This document shows positions 27,050-39,100 of a stretch of DNA of 64,000 nucleotides, piece after piece (position 1 is the first letter of the stretch; every line of letters begins with the position of its first letter). The notes below the pieces were generated by a model. The model saw only the letters and a list, made by a program, of their open reading frames with translations, was not told the DNA's origin and did not search any database. A program made the position numbers and the translations under genes. Origin of the DNA: Octopus bimaculoides (Eukaryota); assembly GCF_001194135.2 (NCBI RefSeq), contig NC_068998.1, forward strand, positions 51,981,744 through 52,045,743, written 5' to 3'.

Positions 27050-27560
27050 ATGGGATTGTCTGTGGCAGAAGGTCACTCACAAACACGTCAACAGACCCAA
27101 GGCAAGTGAGGCATTTCAGCTCTTTAACTGCTCATCTAAGAGGAGGTAACTCCATACAAACCCTACATCTCAATAACGACAGGGCTTCTGACACTCATTG
27201 AACCAGACCAATATAAGTGTGAAGGATGAGAGGGCCAGAGTGACCCTATATAAACCATGTCCTCTATAATAATAAACTCCTGCTGCCTTGAGGAGCAATA
27301 TACTGAATGTTTAACAAAGGCTAAGGAAGTAAAATCGCTCAGAAAATCCAGAGGTAGGCACCCTAAGGCTGATGCATATATATTTAACCAATATCTGGCA
27401 TCTTCTATAGTTCCATGAATGCAACAAACTTATTGACTTTCCTTTGTGGTTTATCCATGAGTGGAAAGGTCGTAAGTGTACTTGGTGGTTAGTACTTGGT
27501 TCTGGAAACAGCCTAGGCACAGTAGAGTAACCTTTTCTGCCATACCATCCACTAATGGTT
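27050..27560 (+). mobile_element. Possible decayed RTE-like LINE 5' region
   Basis: GC-richer island with motifs aaactcctgctgccttgagg...agaaaatccagag...ccctaaggc that recall RTE 5' regions. No ORF confirmed. Confidence 0.3.
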
Positions 27561-29127
27561 AAAAGGGCCAACCAATATTCTTAGTTTAAAACTAAATACT
27601 CTTTTGTCAAATTCAGTGTGGTACTAATGTACAAAACTGAAAATGAGACAGATGAAACCAACCAAACCATTTGTAGTTTAGGTGTAAATTCATTAAAAAA
27701 TAATTTTCTATCTCGAAGGATTAGGCTGATAGCTTGGATAAATATAATATTATGGAAACAAATCACTTCATTTTCTTTGGTGACCAATTTAAAGATACCA
27801 TTTCCCTGATGCCAATAATTTGCTGCAATTCTTGTTCAATAAACTCCTACCTATTTTAGAGCAGCAACACATTTCCAAAATTATAGATGTGTAATTACAT
27901 TTTCTTTACCCATTACTAGCAGAGATATTAACATATTATGGTTGGAGTGGGGTGGGGGTATTATTGCTCAAAACTGTGTTGAATTATATCTATAGTTTTC
28001 TAGGAGTCTTTTTCTTGTATTTTATTTTTATTCATTTATTTGGGCTGTTGGTATGTTACGTTTAAAAGCTATTACTGTTATTTAACACTCCCTGGAATAA
28101 ATGAAATTTGTTTATATACAACTGTAATTTACTGCTAAAATATTTATGTTACCCAAAAGCTCCACAGTTCCTATACTGCACATATCTAGATGCAAACACT
28201 GATATTCTAAGCATCTGTCAGCCTAACTTTTCGAACAAGTTGTTATGGAAATGGGAGAGAGTCTGTGATTTAAAAGACAATTCCTTTCTATAAATTTATA
28301 AATAAATGTGATTTAATAAAGATAGATATATTTTCACATATCAATTATTCAAAATAGTTATCATTTATGAATTATTAGGTTAATATAAAATTGATTTAAA
28401 ATTGTGTTAGAGTTAATAATTGTAATTTATCTTAATCGTTTTATAGCTTGAAATTGTGTGTGTGTGTACATGTACACCCACATATTTTAAATGTTTTATA
28501 GCTTGAAGTTTGTATGTGTGTGTTTGTGTGCCTGTCTGTGTGTGTATATATGTGTATATCTATATAATAAATATATATATATACAAATATATTGATATTT
28601 ATGCATGCACACATGCACACATCATATAAACATACATGATCATTACCAATGAGATTGCCATGCACCCAACAAAAATTAAAGTGTTGTCACTGCTCTACTT
28701 TTTCTCTGTTCACTCAGGGCTAATTTCACTAAGAGGGGGGAATAGAAAAGAGGTGTTGGTGGAAGATGAACGAGGTGGGAGGAAATGATGGCAACCAGTT
28801 TAGAAGGGTGATGAACAGAGTGTATTAAATAATTAACAGAGATGATGCGATCCCTCAGTGTAGAGGCATAATGATGGGAGAGATAGAGAGAAGGTGGATA
28901 GTAATAAAGGAACGGATAGAAAGCAGAGAGGTCAAAATCGTTTGGTTTTACCATAGTTTATTCTGATACGAAGACCTTTTGTCAATTTTTCATATTGAGA
29001 TATAAGTTGGATGGCAGATATGATACACGGCTGTCCTTAATGTCTATTGCTATTTAGTTACATCTCATTAAATTTCCACTTGAAATTCACACTAGTGCAA
29101 CCTCCACTCATTCTTCCCCATCAAACA

Positions 29128-29176
<49 letters not shown>

Positions 29177-29559
29177 TGCCTTTCATCCTTTCAGGGTTGA
29201 TAAATTCAGTACCAGTTGAACCCTGGGGTCGATGTAATCAACCAGTCCCCTACTCCTAAAATGACTGCCCATGTGGCAAAATTTGAAACCATCATTATTA
29301 TTATTATTATTATTATTTTTATTATCATTATTATTATTATTATTGTTATTATTATTATGTCAAGTTGGCAGAATCATTAGCATTGCTGAAACAAATGCAT
29401 TTCTTTTAGTGCTTTACTTTCTTAGTTCAAATTCCACCAAGGTTGACTTTGCTTTTCTTCCTTTTGGAGTTGATAAAATAAGTACCAGTTAAACACTGGA
29501 GTTCATATTATCAACTACCCCCCACCCCACCCCACGACCCCCAGAATTTCATACGTGTA

Positions 29560-30137
29560 CTGCCTGACTGACACATAAAAAGCACCATTTGAGCATGGTC
29601 GATGCCAATGTCACCGGACTGGCTCCTGTGTCAGTGGCATGTAAAACGTACCATTCAAGCATGGTCAGTGCCTTGAGCGTGGTCAATACCAGTGCCGCCT
29701 GACTGGCTCCTGTGCTGGTGGCATGTAAAAAGTACCATTCGAACGTGGTCGATGCCAGTGCCATCTGACTGCCCCCCCCCCCCCNNNNNNNNNNNNNNNN
29801 NNNNNNNNNNNNNNNNNNNNNNNNNNNNNNNNNNNNNNNNNNNNNNNNNNNNNNNNNNNNNNNNNNNNNNNNNNNNNNNNNNNNNNNNNNNNNNNNNNNN
29901 NNNNNNNNNNNNNNNNNNNNNNNNNNNNNNNNNNNNNCCCCCCACGCCGGTGGCATATGAAATGCACCCACTACATTCTAGGAGGGGTTAGCATTAGGAA
30001 GAGCATCCAGCTGTAGAAACCTTGCTGGATCAGATTGGAGCCTGGCGCGCAGCCTCTTGGTTTGCCAGTCCTCAGTCAAACCGTCCAGCATGGACAACGG
30101 ATGTTAAACGACGATGACGATGATGATGATGATGACA
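29560..30137 (+). mobile_element. Family C element with internal tandem subunits, spanning a gap
   Basis: Repeated ...gtggcatgtaaaa(a)gcaccatt...ggtcgatgccagtg units upstream of the family C 3' end and (GAT)n tail. Gap at 29785-29937. Confidence 0.75.
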
Positions 30138-31026
30138 TGCTTGTAGTAGAGAGGAAAATCATTCCAGTGGTAAACTGGCTGGATCTTTAAAGTGCTAAAG
30201 TGCTGGAAAATGTACTTTGTCGTACTTTCTTCCAGCTCTTTATCCTTTTAGCATTTAAACAGTTCATATCCTGACCAAATATCCTAACTATTTTACACTC
30301 AAAAAGACAAGATCCAACTTCTCATACCTACCCTACAATGTCATTCTAAAGATACACAATCACATTATCCAAATCTCAGAGCTATGATAAAATGCATGAT
30401 TAATTCAAAACCATGCAAATAAATAAACATTACATTTGACAGTAATCCGACTGTTAAAGGGTTGTGATGCCAACCCACCTGAGACCACTCCCACTGATTC
30501 TATAATGCAAACTTCCTGCTTTAAAGTGATCTAAATTAAAACCTTCCATCCTAATTTCATATTAATTTACAAAGCAAACACCAGGTTAATATTGATAAAA
30601 GTTATTTTAATAAATTTTTCATTATTTTCAAAATCGATTAAAATGCAGACAGCGTTTTTAACAGAAATATGATAACAAAAGAGTTAAATTCTGTGTTCAA
30701 ATCCTAATGAGGTTTTTGTCCTTTGTCCCTTCAGTCTCAATGAATTAAAGCATCAGTCAGGTATTTGGGTTAATGGTATTGATTAGCTCCTCTTCAAAAT
30801 TACTGTATTTGTGCCTAAATAGGAAACCATTATTGTTGTTGTTGTTATTTAATAAAATGTGTGAAATAATCAACTGAAGTCTGCTTCAAATTTTATAGCC
30901 TTATGCCAATGTATGAATAAAATGTTTTGTTGTAAAGATTATCATTATTATTATTATTATTTTTCAAGCTGCTGGACAATTATTTTTAATCATTAATATT
31001 TTCTTTTATTTCTTACCCAAAAAAAG

Positions 31027-31097
31027 GGCTATACAGATGAACCCATCTCAAAAATCTTGTGTCATGTTGAAGATGGCCAAGTTGTTCAGCTAGACCG
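31027..31097 (+). CDS. DGKZ: DGK exon (end of catalytic domain)
   Basis: cccaaaaaaag|GGC ... CG|gtaaac. Translates [23 protein letters not shown](R), close to vertebrate DGKZ [24 protein letters not shown] as recalled. Phase 0 to 2. Confidence 0.93.
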
Positions 31098-31106
31098 GTA
31101 AACACA

Positions 31107-31115
31107 TTTTTCTCA

Positions 31116-31147
<32 letters not shown>

Positions 31148-31151
31148 CCTC

Positions 31152-31230
<79 letters not shown>

Positions 31231-31241
31231 TCCTCTCTCTC
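31107..31241 (+). repeat. (CT)n pyrimidine tract immediately after a DGK donor site
   Basis: About 135 nt of nearly pure C/T starting about 10 nt after the exon end at 31097. Confidence 0.95.
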
Positions 31242-33506
31242 AAGCAATTTCATGTAATTTTTTAGTCTTGGAATTTTGTGTACATTTTGAATTTTAAGAA
31301 ATTACTCTATTTTTTATGCTTATATATTATAATATATATATATACACATATAGTAATATAAAATGCTGCAAAGTTCTATTTCCTGAGAACAGATTGGATG
31401 ACAAACAAAATAAAGTAACCGAAGCATACTTGAGTTTAAATATTTATTAACTTACAATAAACAGATTACAATTCTGTTTCCCTGCGGAAATTTTCAAACA
31501 CTTTGGCAACCTGTAAACAATCAGCTCTCCCTCTCACACACACACACACACACACACACTTGCATCATGGTAGATTTGTTTTGAGGCAGTTTCCTATCAA
31601 GTTAGTTATATTGGTCAATTTGACCATTGTTTGAAGAGAACGATTTATCTTGAGGTTGTCAACGTACAAGACCATTTTCTATTTAGCATTTTGCTTTGCA
31701 AAATTATTTATTCCTATGCTTATGTGACAAGGCTTCAAATTTCGTATATATGTATGTACCACTATACAATATACAATATGTAAATGTTCTAAAATTTCTG
31801 TATTCTCCTGTATTAAAGATTTTGATTTATACTAAAGATACTCTGTATGCCAAATACAGTTAGATTTAACTCTATTGTTACCATAATTCTGTTAAAATAC
31901 ACTGACTTTGCTTAGTTTATACTTAAAAGTATATGAATGAATTTTGGAAAATATCTTAATTGTTGATTTTTCAAACATAATCTACATTTTGATGGAAGGT
32001 TTTATCTTAGGTCATTATAAAACCATGAGTGTGTATTGTAGAACTAAATGTCGATGCTGAGTGGGTTGGCATCAAAAGGATGTCAAATGTTTTGCCTTAC
32101 AATATGAATAACTATAAGATCAAAATTCGGTAGTAATTTCATCAGAGAATTTCCGCCAAGGTCGACCTTGCTTTTCATCTTTCCAGGGTCAACAAAATAA
32201 GTACCAGTTGAGCACTGGGGTCTGTTGGTCTCTTATGCCAAACTGCTAAGTTTTGATAGGGGACACACACATATATATATGTTATGGTCTTCTTTCAGTT
32301 TCCATCTACCAAATCTAAATCCACAATCCTTTGTTTGGCCTCAGGATATGTTGGAAGTTACTTGCCCAAGGTCCATATAGTGGGACTGAACCTGGAACCA
32401 CGTAGCTGGGAAGCAAACTTCTTACCACACAGCCATGCTTGTGCTTATACTTGTTGATATTGTCTATATGGAAAGGATGTCATTGTTAAAAGTATTGAAT
32501 TTAGATTGATTGATTACTTCTAGAATATTTCAGTTGTGTCATCTCCAAGATAAAAGTGATTAATATTAATTCCCTCTTTCCAAGCAAGTCCTGACACTAT
32601 TTGCTTTTGCCTCGACTTACCTAGATTGAAAAGCCATACCTCTTCGCCTTCTACTTTTTTTCCCCTTTTTTTCTTTTTTCGTTTTCTTTACACAATCCTG
32701 TGATTAGCTCTGAGAAGATTGTCGAGGTGTGAAATATCAGCTTTTAATTTAATATCGACAACCACAAGCTGGTCCAGTTCATGTTAGCATGTGAGAGTAG
32801 TTGTAGAACGAAACGAAAAACATTGCAAATAATGTTCAGTGCCAGCAGTTGATAAGTCCATACACTTGTAACTTGTGGCTATAAAACAGCAAAGGAGAGT
32901 CCTGTCTCTGCTATATGCATGGGTTATTTTGTTGTTTAAAATGACCAAATAGACTTTATTAAATGTGCCATTGTATCAGAGATGCTTTTATTTGTTCCAA
33001 TCATTGTACTGTGGCCATGCTTAGGCTCTAACTTCAATAAAGTTTGTTTTATTTTTAATCATTTATATTAATTCCAGTGCTTATTTCAGTCTAGTATTGA
33101 TTTTTTATTGATCTCTGTTTGGTGACATGCTTCTTGACAAAACGCAGATTATGCTTTCAGAAATGACACCAATGTAGATATGGATTTAGGTGCACTTGCA
33201 TGTGTGTATGGGGGGGGGTTAACTGTGTGTGAAGGCCTACTTGTGTGTGAATGGGTATGAGTATTTACTCACACATCTGTGTGTGTGTGTGTGTGTGTGT
33301 GTGTAGTACAGTCTTCATTTAGTCTCCATTTTCTAGATTTACTCAGAGCTTTGGTTAGAGTTATAGAAGATGCCCAAAGCACCACTCATTGAGACTCAAT
33401 CTGAAATTATGTAGTCATGAAGCTAACATCTGTTCTTTTTTTTTCTCTCTCTCTCTTTTTCATGTCAAATTGGAAATTATTCTATCCACAATTTATTTCC
33501 TTCCAG

Positions 33507-33655
33507 CTGGAATCTAGAAGTGATTCTAAAAGAAGATGCAGAACCAGATCCACTTGATGAGGGTGCAGCTGATAGACTGCCACTGGATGTTTTCAACAAT
33601 TACTTCAGCCTTGGAGCTGATGCCCATGTTGCCTTAGAATTCCATGAGTCACGAG
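33507..33655 (+). CDS. DGKZ: DGK exon (start of accessory domain)
   Basis: ttccttccag|C ... G|gtatgt. Translates [49 protein letters not shown], containing the [11 protein letters not shown] motif. Phase 2 to 1. Confidence 0.96.
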
Positions 33656-33760
33656 GTATGTTCTCAATTGTTATTGGTTGATTCAGAAATATTCCTGTAA
33701 TATCTTTTAAATGGATTTTTTTCTCTCTGTCAGATAATAATAATAATAATAATCATCATC

Positions 33761-34182
33761 CTTTTTACTCTAGGCACAAGGCCTGGAATTGGGGAAGGGG
33801 GAGATAATTGATTCCATCAACCCCAATACTTGACTGGTACTTCTTTCATCAACTCCAAAAGAATGAGAGGCAAAGTTGGCTGGTGAAATTTGAACTCAGA
33901 ACGTAAGAACAGGCGAAATGCCACTAAGCATTTTGCCCGGCATGCTAACGATTCTGCCAGCTCGCTGCTTTAATAATAATAATAATAATCTTTTCTACTC
34001 TAGGCACAAGGCCTGAAATTTTTGGGGAGGGAGCCAGTCGATTAGATCAACCCCTATACACAACTGGTACTTAATTTATCGACCCTGAAAGGATGAAAGG
34101 CCAAGTTGACCTGGGCGGAATTTGAACTCAAAACTAAGCATTTTGCCCAGTACGCTAATGATTTTGCCAGCTCGCCACTTTA
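33761..34182 (-). mobile_element. Two tandem family B SINEs
   Basis: Copies at 33761-33972 and 33990-34182, separated by (AAT)n. Confidence 0.85.
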
Positions 34183-35256
34183 ATGATAATAATAATTAAA
34201 TAATTTTCTATAATATAACACTTCTACAACATATTGGATCCTTTTTTTACCACATTTCTGTTGAATTTCTTTACTTTTGACTTTAATTAATTTTGAAAAT
34301 AATGAACAATTTAGCAAAGTAAGTTTTTCATTTTTAAGCTGATGTTTACAGCAAAAATTAATATAAAGTTTTTATGGAAGCTTTTAATCTAAATCACTTT
34401 AACACAGGAAGTTTGTATCATAGAAGCAAGGACAGGCTTGGATGCATTAGTAACAAGAGTCGGTATCCATCTGGTTTAAATTATATTTTGGTTTTTGAAG
34501 ACTTTCTTCTCTGATATCAATGATTAACTTTTCTGTTAAAGATGGTGAGTTATAGTCTGTTGCTCTATAACTCCAAGTCAACTCTGATAAGGCAAACCTA
34601 CAACTGAATTCACTTCAACTGTAAATTATATTTAAGACCAGTGGTTCCCAACCCTTTTATTTAAATGAGTTTTCTCACAGATTCCTTTTAATATTCTTAT
34701 CCTTATGTGTATATATGTCTGTGTGTGTGAAATTCTGAATTTAGTTCACAGAGCCCCAGTACTACCTTTGCAGACTACCAGTGAGAATATAAACAAACCA
34801 TCACTTAACAACCTGTGTCGGTGTGTTTACATCCCCATAATCTGATGGTTCAGCAAAAAAGACAGATGGAATAAGTATCTAGCTAAAAAAAATATATTTG
34901 GGTTGATGCATTCAAACTAAAATTCTTCAAGGCGATGCCACAGTCTAATGACTGAAACTAGTGAAAAAAAAAGACTCCCTGAACTATGTGTGTTCCCTTT
35001 TTATTTCCACCCGTTTTCTAGGTTCTGCAAAATGTCACTGCATTTTCTTCTTCTGACTAAGCCATAGTAAAAAAAATACAAAATGATATCAGATGGAGAG
35101 AAGCTTAATTCTTTCCTTCTAAGTTAGCTCAGGCACTCGTAACTTAACTTCAATATTTTCATACTTGAAACTATTTCATTTACCTTCTGTGACATCTATT
35201 TTTAAAAAAGTTCATTGAGTTTTTATTAATTTGCCTTCCGTTCTAATTTTTTCCAG

Positions 35257-35312
35257 AAGCTAACCCAGAGAAATTTAATAGTAGATTCAGAAATAAAATG
35301 TTTTATGCTGGG
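35257..35312 (+). CDS. DGKZ: DGK exon (accessory domain)
   Basis: ttttttccag|AA ... GGG|gtaagt. Translates (E)[18 protein letters not shown]. Phase 1 to 0. Confidence 0.96.
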
Positions 35313-35493
35313 GTAAGTTTTTTGTTTGTTTTTCTTTTTTTATTATTTATTTAATTTAAATGTTGCTGCTGCAGTTGTGTAACCCTAGGTTAGCCCCAAT
35401 TAAGCAGACCTATGATCGTAGGCATTCCAACCAATGCCAACGAACTCCATCAGATCACAACTATGTAGGATATACCCCTTTGAGAATACCATA

Positions 35494-35608
35494 TGCACCA
35501 ATGATAACTGCATGGTATGTAGGATTAACCCTGGCATTAACTGTAGAACTAGAAATGTAGTTTACAGCATAAGATGCATAGAAGATGCTTGCAAACCAAA
35601 TCCAAAAA

Positions 35609-35619
<11 letters not shown>
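35494..35619 (+). mobile_element. Penelope-like element fragment: Cys-rich linker and start of GIY-YIG endonuclease
   Basis: Translates CTNDNCMVCRINPGINCRTRNVVYSIRCIEDACKPNPKTIYI, matching the C-x4-C-x2-C...C-x-T-x-NVVY-x-I-x-C...C...YI(G) pattern of PLE GIY-YIG domains. Confidence 0.65.
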
Positions 35620-35645
<26 letters not shown>

Positions 35646-35975
35646 GACACATATATNNNNNNNNNNGCTTCACAAAGAAATTTTAGAAATGTTGCCAAAC
35701 CTTGGAATTTCATTCTTTGAAATTATAAACTAATAAAAGAATACAATACAGTTCTATATTTAAGATATGAGGAATTATTTACATTACTTACAATTGACGG
35801 ATATTTGTCCTCATCTTGTTTGTTGTTAACACAACATTTCTGCTGATATACGCTCCAGCCTACTTCAGGTGTCTTGGGGGAAATTTCGAACCTTAGGGTT
35901 CTTATCCCTAAGGTATTTTTCGATGTTGTTGTTGTTATTACTATTCAGGTCACTGCCTGGAATTGAACTTGGAAT

Positions 35976-36043
35976 GCCGTGGCGTTGTGGTTAAGAGTGC
36001 GGGCTACTAACCCCAAGATTCCGAGTTCGATTCCAGGCAGTGA
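35976..36043 (+). pseudogene. tRNA-like SINE head (pol III A/B boxes), not a functional tRNA
   Basis: A box tggcgttgtgg, anticodon-like arm GGG-CTACTAA-CCC, B box gagttcgattcc. T and acceptor stems are imperfect. Confidence 0.65.
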
Positions 36044-36137
36044 TCTGAATAATAATAATAATAATCATAATAATGATAATAACAACAACATTAAAAAATG
36101 CCTTAGGAATGAGAACCCAGGTTCGAAATTTCCCCAA

Positions 36138-36183
36138 GATACCTGATGAAGGCTGGAGGGTATATCAGCTGAAACGTTGTGCT
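36138..36183 (+). ncRNA. Minimal type I hammerhead ribozyme motif (slightly decayed)
   Basis: GAUAC-CUGAUGA-A-GGCUG-(10 nt)-CAGCU-GAAA-CG-UU-GUGCU. The inverted arm copy (35828-35873 minus) has a fully pairing 5-bp stem I, GACAC/GUGUU with one G-U pair. Confidence 0.6.
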
Positions 36184-39100
36184 AACAACAAACAAGATGA
36201 GGATAAATATCAGTCAATTGTAAATAATGTAATAAAAGAATTATAAAAAAAAAAATTAAGAATTTGTATACACAATATGAAACATAAGTTTACTGAAAAC
36301 ATAAGCTTTCAGTAAAACCATGCATATATACATGCACATAATTGCATCCTCACTGACAGATATACACACACATTGTTTAGGAAAATTTGTGAATTAAAGT
36401 TCATGTGAACAAGCTATCTAATGAGTTATAAGTAACTGCAGAGCAAATAGTTGTACTATACGGGTTTAATGTTTGACTACAGAAACTACCCAGTTTTGCT
36501 AATTGAAAATCTCGTGTGTGTGTAACAAAAAAAACGTTCTATTTAACATGATTCTGTTTTTGAAGTATCAAATAATATTTTCATTCTAATTTTGACTTTC
36601 GTTGTATCAGCTTGCCAAAAGATTCAACAAAACGTGTGTTGGAGGCTGATGTATTTGTATTGTGTGAATTTATATAATACTATATATATATATAGCATCA
36701 TCATCATCATTTAACATCTGCTTTCCATGCTAGCATGGGTTGGACGATTTGACTGAGGACTGATGAACCGGATGGCTGCACCAGGCTCCAATCTGATTTG
36801 GCAGAATTTCTAAAGCTGGATGCCATTCCTAATGCCAACCACTCTGAGAGTGTAGTGGGTGCTTTTATGTGCCACCGGCACGAAGGCCAGTCAGGCGGTT
36901 GCATATTGGGGTTGATCAAATTGACTGGCCCCCTCCCCAAAAACTTTTGGGCCTTGTGCCTAGAGTAGAAAAGAATATTTTATATGCAATAATGATTGTG
37001 TAAAAATCCTAAAAATAAAAGTGAATACAGTCAGTGTGTGCTTCAATAGTCTTATATAAAATGATGTAATACAAGTGGCTCAGCTTCCAACACACAATAT
37101 TAGATCAAGTCTTTTGCCAAGCAGATACAACAAAAGTCAAATTTAGACTGAAAATATAATTTAATATTTCACAACCAGAATGATGTTAAATAACACACTT
37201 CTTTGTGTTTAGGAAATTTTCTCAAACAATTTCTCAAGTTGCTTTTGTTTATATTATCGCAACATAGTTATTATCATTTGGTTTTTGTTTGTCTTTTTGA
37301 CTGTTTCTTACATTGATGGTAGATAATTATTGATTAGTATCTTGTTAACATAATTGCTTAATATTTATCTTGAGGGGGTGAATAATTTGGTGTTAATGCT
37401 AATCTCTTCAAATACCATTATCTAAATGTTAGTCATGAAAAATTAAATCATTGGTATTAGATATTCTCTTACATTTATCTACAAAATCTCTAAAAGAAGA
37501 AAGAGAAAGAAAAAACAATACAAGAATGGTTAACGGTTAATTGGTTGAATTCTATATACTAGAGAGAGACAAAGTAAACAGAGTCAAAGAGAAAGAATTT
37601 TCCTCGGCATTACATAAACAACTAAGAAGGAAAACAAAGCTACAGTTACCAAATATAACGATTTAACAGAATACACAGGTATTCCGAAGTAAATCTGATA
37701 AGACGACCTAATGCTATTGAAACTCTTTCATCTATTGCATCGATATGTTATAAATTAAGAAACAGTAGGCTACATCTTTCTATATCTGTACCTGTTTTCT
37801 TTAAACATTTCATTTCTATGTTGTTCTGGTTGTTGTTGCCGTTTTTCTTTTCATAATACAATAAACAGATGTGAAAAAAAATCTGTTTTTCTACTTTCTT
37901 TTTGTGTTTTTGTCTTGTTTTTTTTTCTGCTTTTTCTTGTTTCCTTACAGTCTACACGTTTTCAATCTGGATACCTTTTTTTAAATTTCTTCGTTTTTTT
38001 AAAAGAAGTCTGCAAAGGATTAGACACACACACACACACACACACACACTTATCGTCATCATTATCAGTTTATGTTCAGTTTCCATACTGGCATGGGTTG
38101 GATGAATTCTCAAGAACCTAATATTTATTTGGAGCCATTGCCCTCCTAGATGAGTCAGACAACCACATCTCATTCGTAAGTTCCATTCTGATGTGGTTGG
38201 ATGCCTTTTCTAGAACCAACCACTTTAAAGAGTTTACTGCTTGTCTTTTATTGTGGCATTAACACAAGAAGCTTGCCTTGTCCCTCACACAGTAAAGAGG
38301 TATTTCTCTGCTCAGTATTATCTCTATTCATTAAAGCCATTAAATAAGAGATCCATTGCTTGAAAAACAAATAAGAGTTAGCAACAGAAAGGGTATCCAG
38401 CTGTAACACGATGCCCCAGTTATGTAATCACCTAACTCATGCAACCACAGAAACATAGGTGTTTAGTCTCTTTGTTATCCCTTCATTCATCTAACAATCC
38501 CCTCGTTTGTCCTCCCCCACTGCCTAGTCTTTACAGCTGTTTCAAATGATGCAGATAGGTGAAATAGACAGAGGCAACATTACTTATTCACACATTAACA
38601 AAAGACAGTATCAACTTATACAAATCTTGGTTCTTGTGTATCTTCACGCGGTAAATTCACAACTTTCTCTTCAGATTTAACAGCAAACGCCACAAGAGAA
38701 TAGATATTTACAATACTATTGGCAGATAAATTAGCTGAAGTGGTTGTAGTAAGAGGTACAGAAGTAAGGAGAGAGAATGGCAAAGAAGATATGCAGAGGA
38801 GCAAATATGTGAGTCAAAGGGAAGTGTAGTTTAAGGGGCGGGGGAGGGAAGAGGTGTAAAAGATGGAGTGAGTGACAAAGGGGTTAGTGGAGAGGGCAAA
38901 GAAACAGGGGAGAGGAAAGAAAAAGAGACAGTAAGTCTGCTGAAGGCGTCAGTCAGTGTGAGTTATCTGACTTTTCTGCAAAAAGAGTACAAAAAGTAAG
39001 TAATTAAAAAAGTGAGGTGGAGGGAATTGATCAATGGGAATCAATGATCATCCTAAAGGTGGGGCTAAGATGTAAGTAAACCCTGTCGAAGTGTGGAGAT

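Larger units (their letters stand above)
35743..36229. mobile_element. Palindromic tRNA-headed, hammerhead-bearing element with 12-bp TSD
   Basis: Arms at 35781-35975 and 36018-36230. Tail at 35743-35780. Direct repeat taataaaagaat at 35731-35742 and 36230-36241. Confidence 0.88.

Noticed and set aside
35976-36043. Functional tRNA-Ser(ACT) gene
   Set aside because: The acceptor and T stems do not pair properly, and the sequence is embedded in a TSD-flanked repeat. It is treated as a SINE head.
37921-38030. Strong-looking acceptor ttttcttgtttccttacag at 37949-37950 within the intron missing an exon
   Set aside because: The downstream peptide STRFQSGYLFLNF has no DGK similarity, and there is no suitable donor at about 63 nt.
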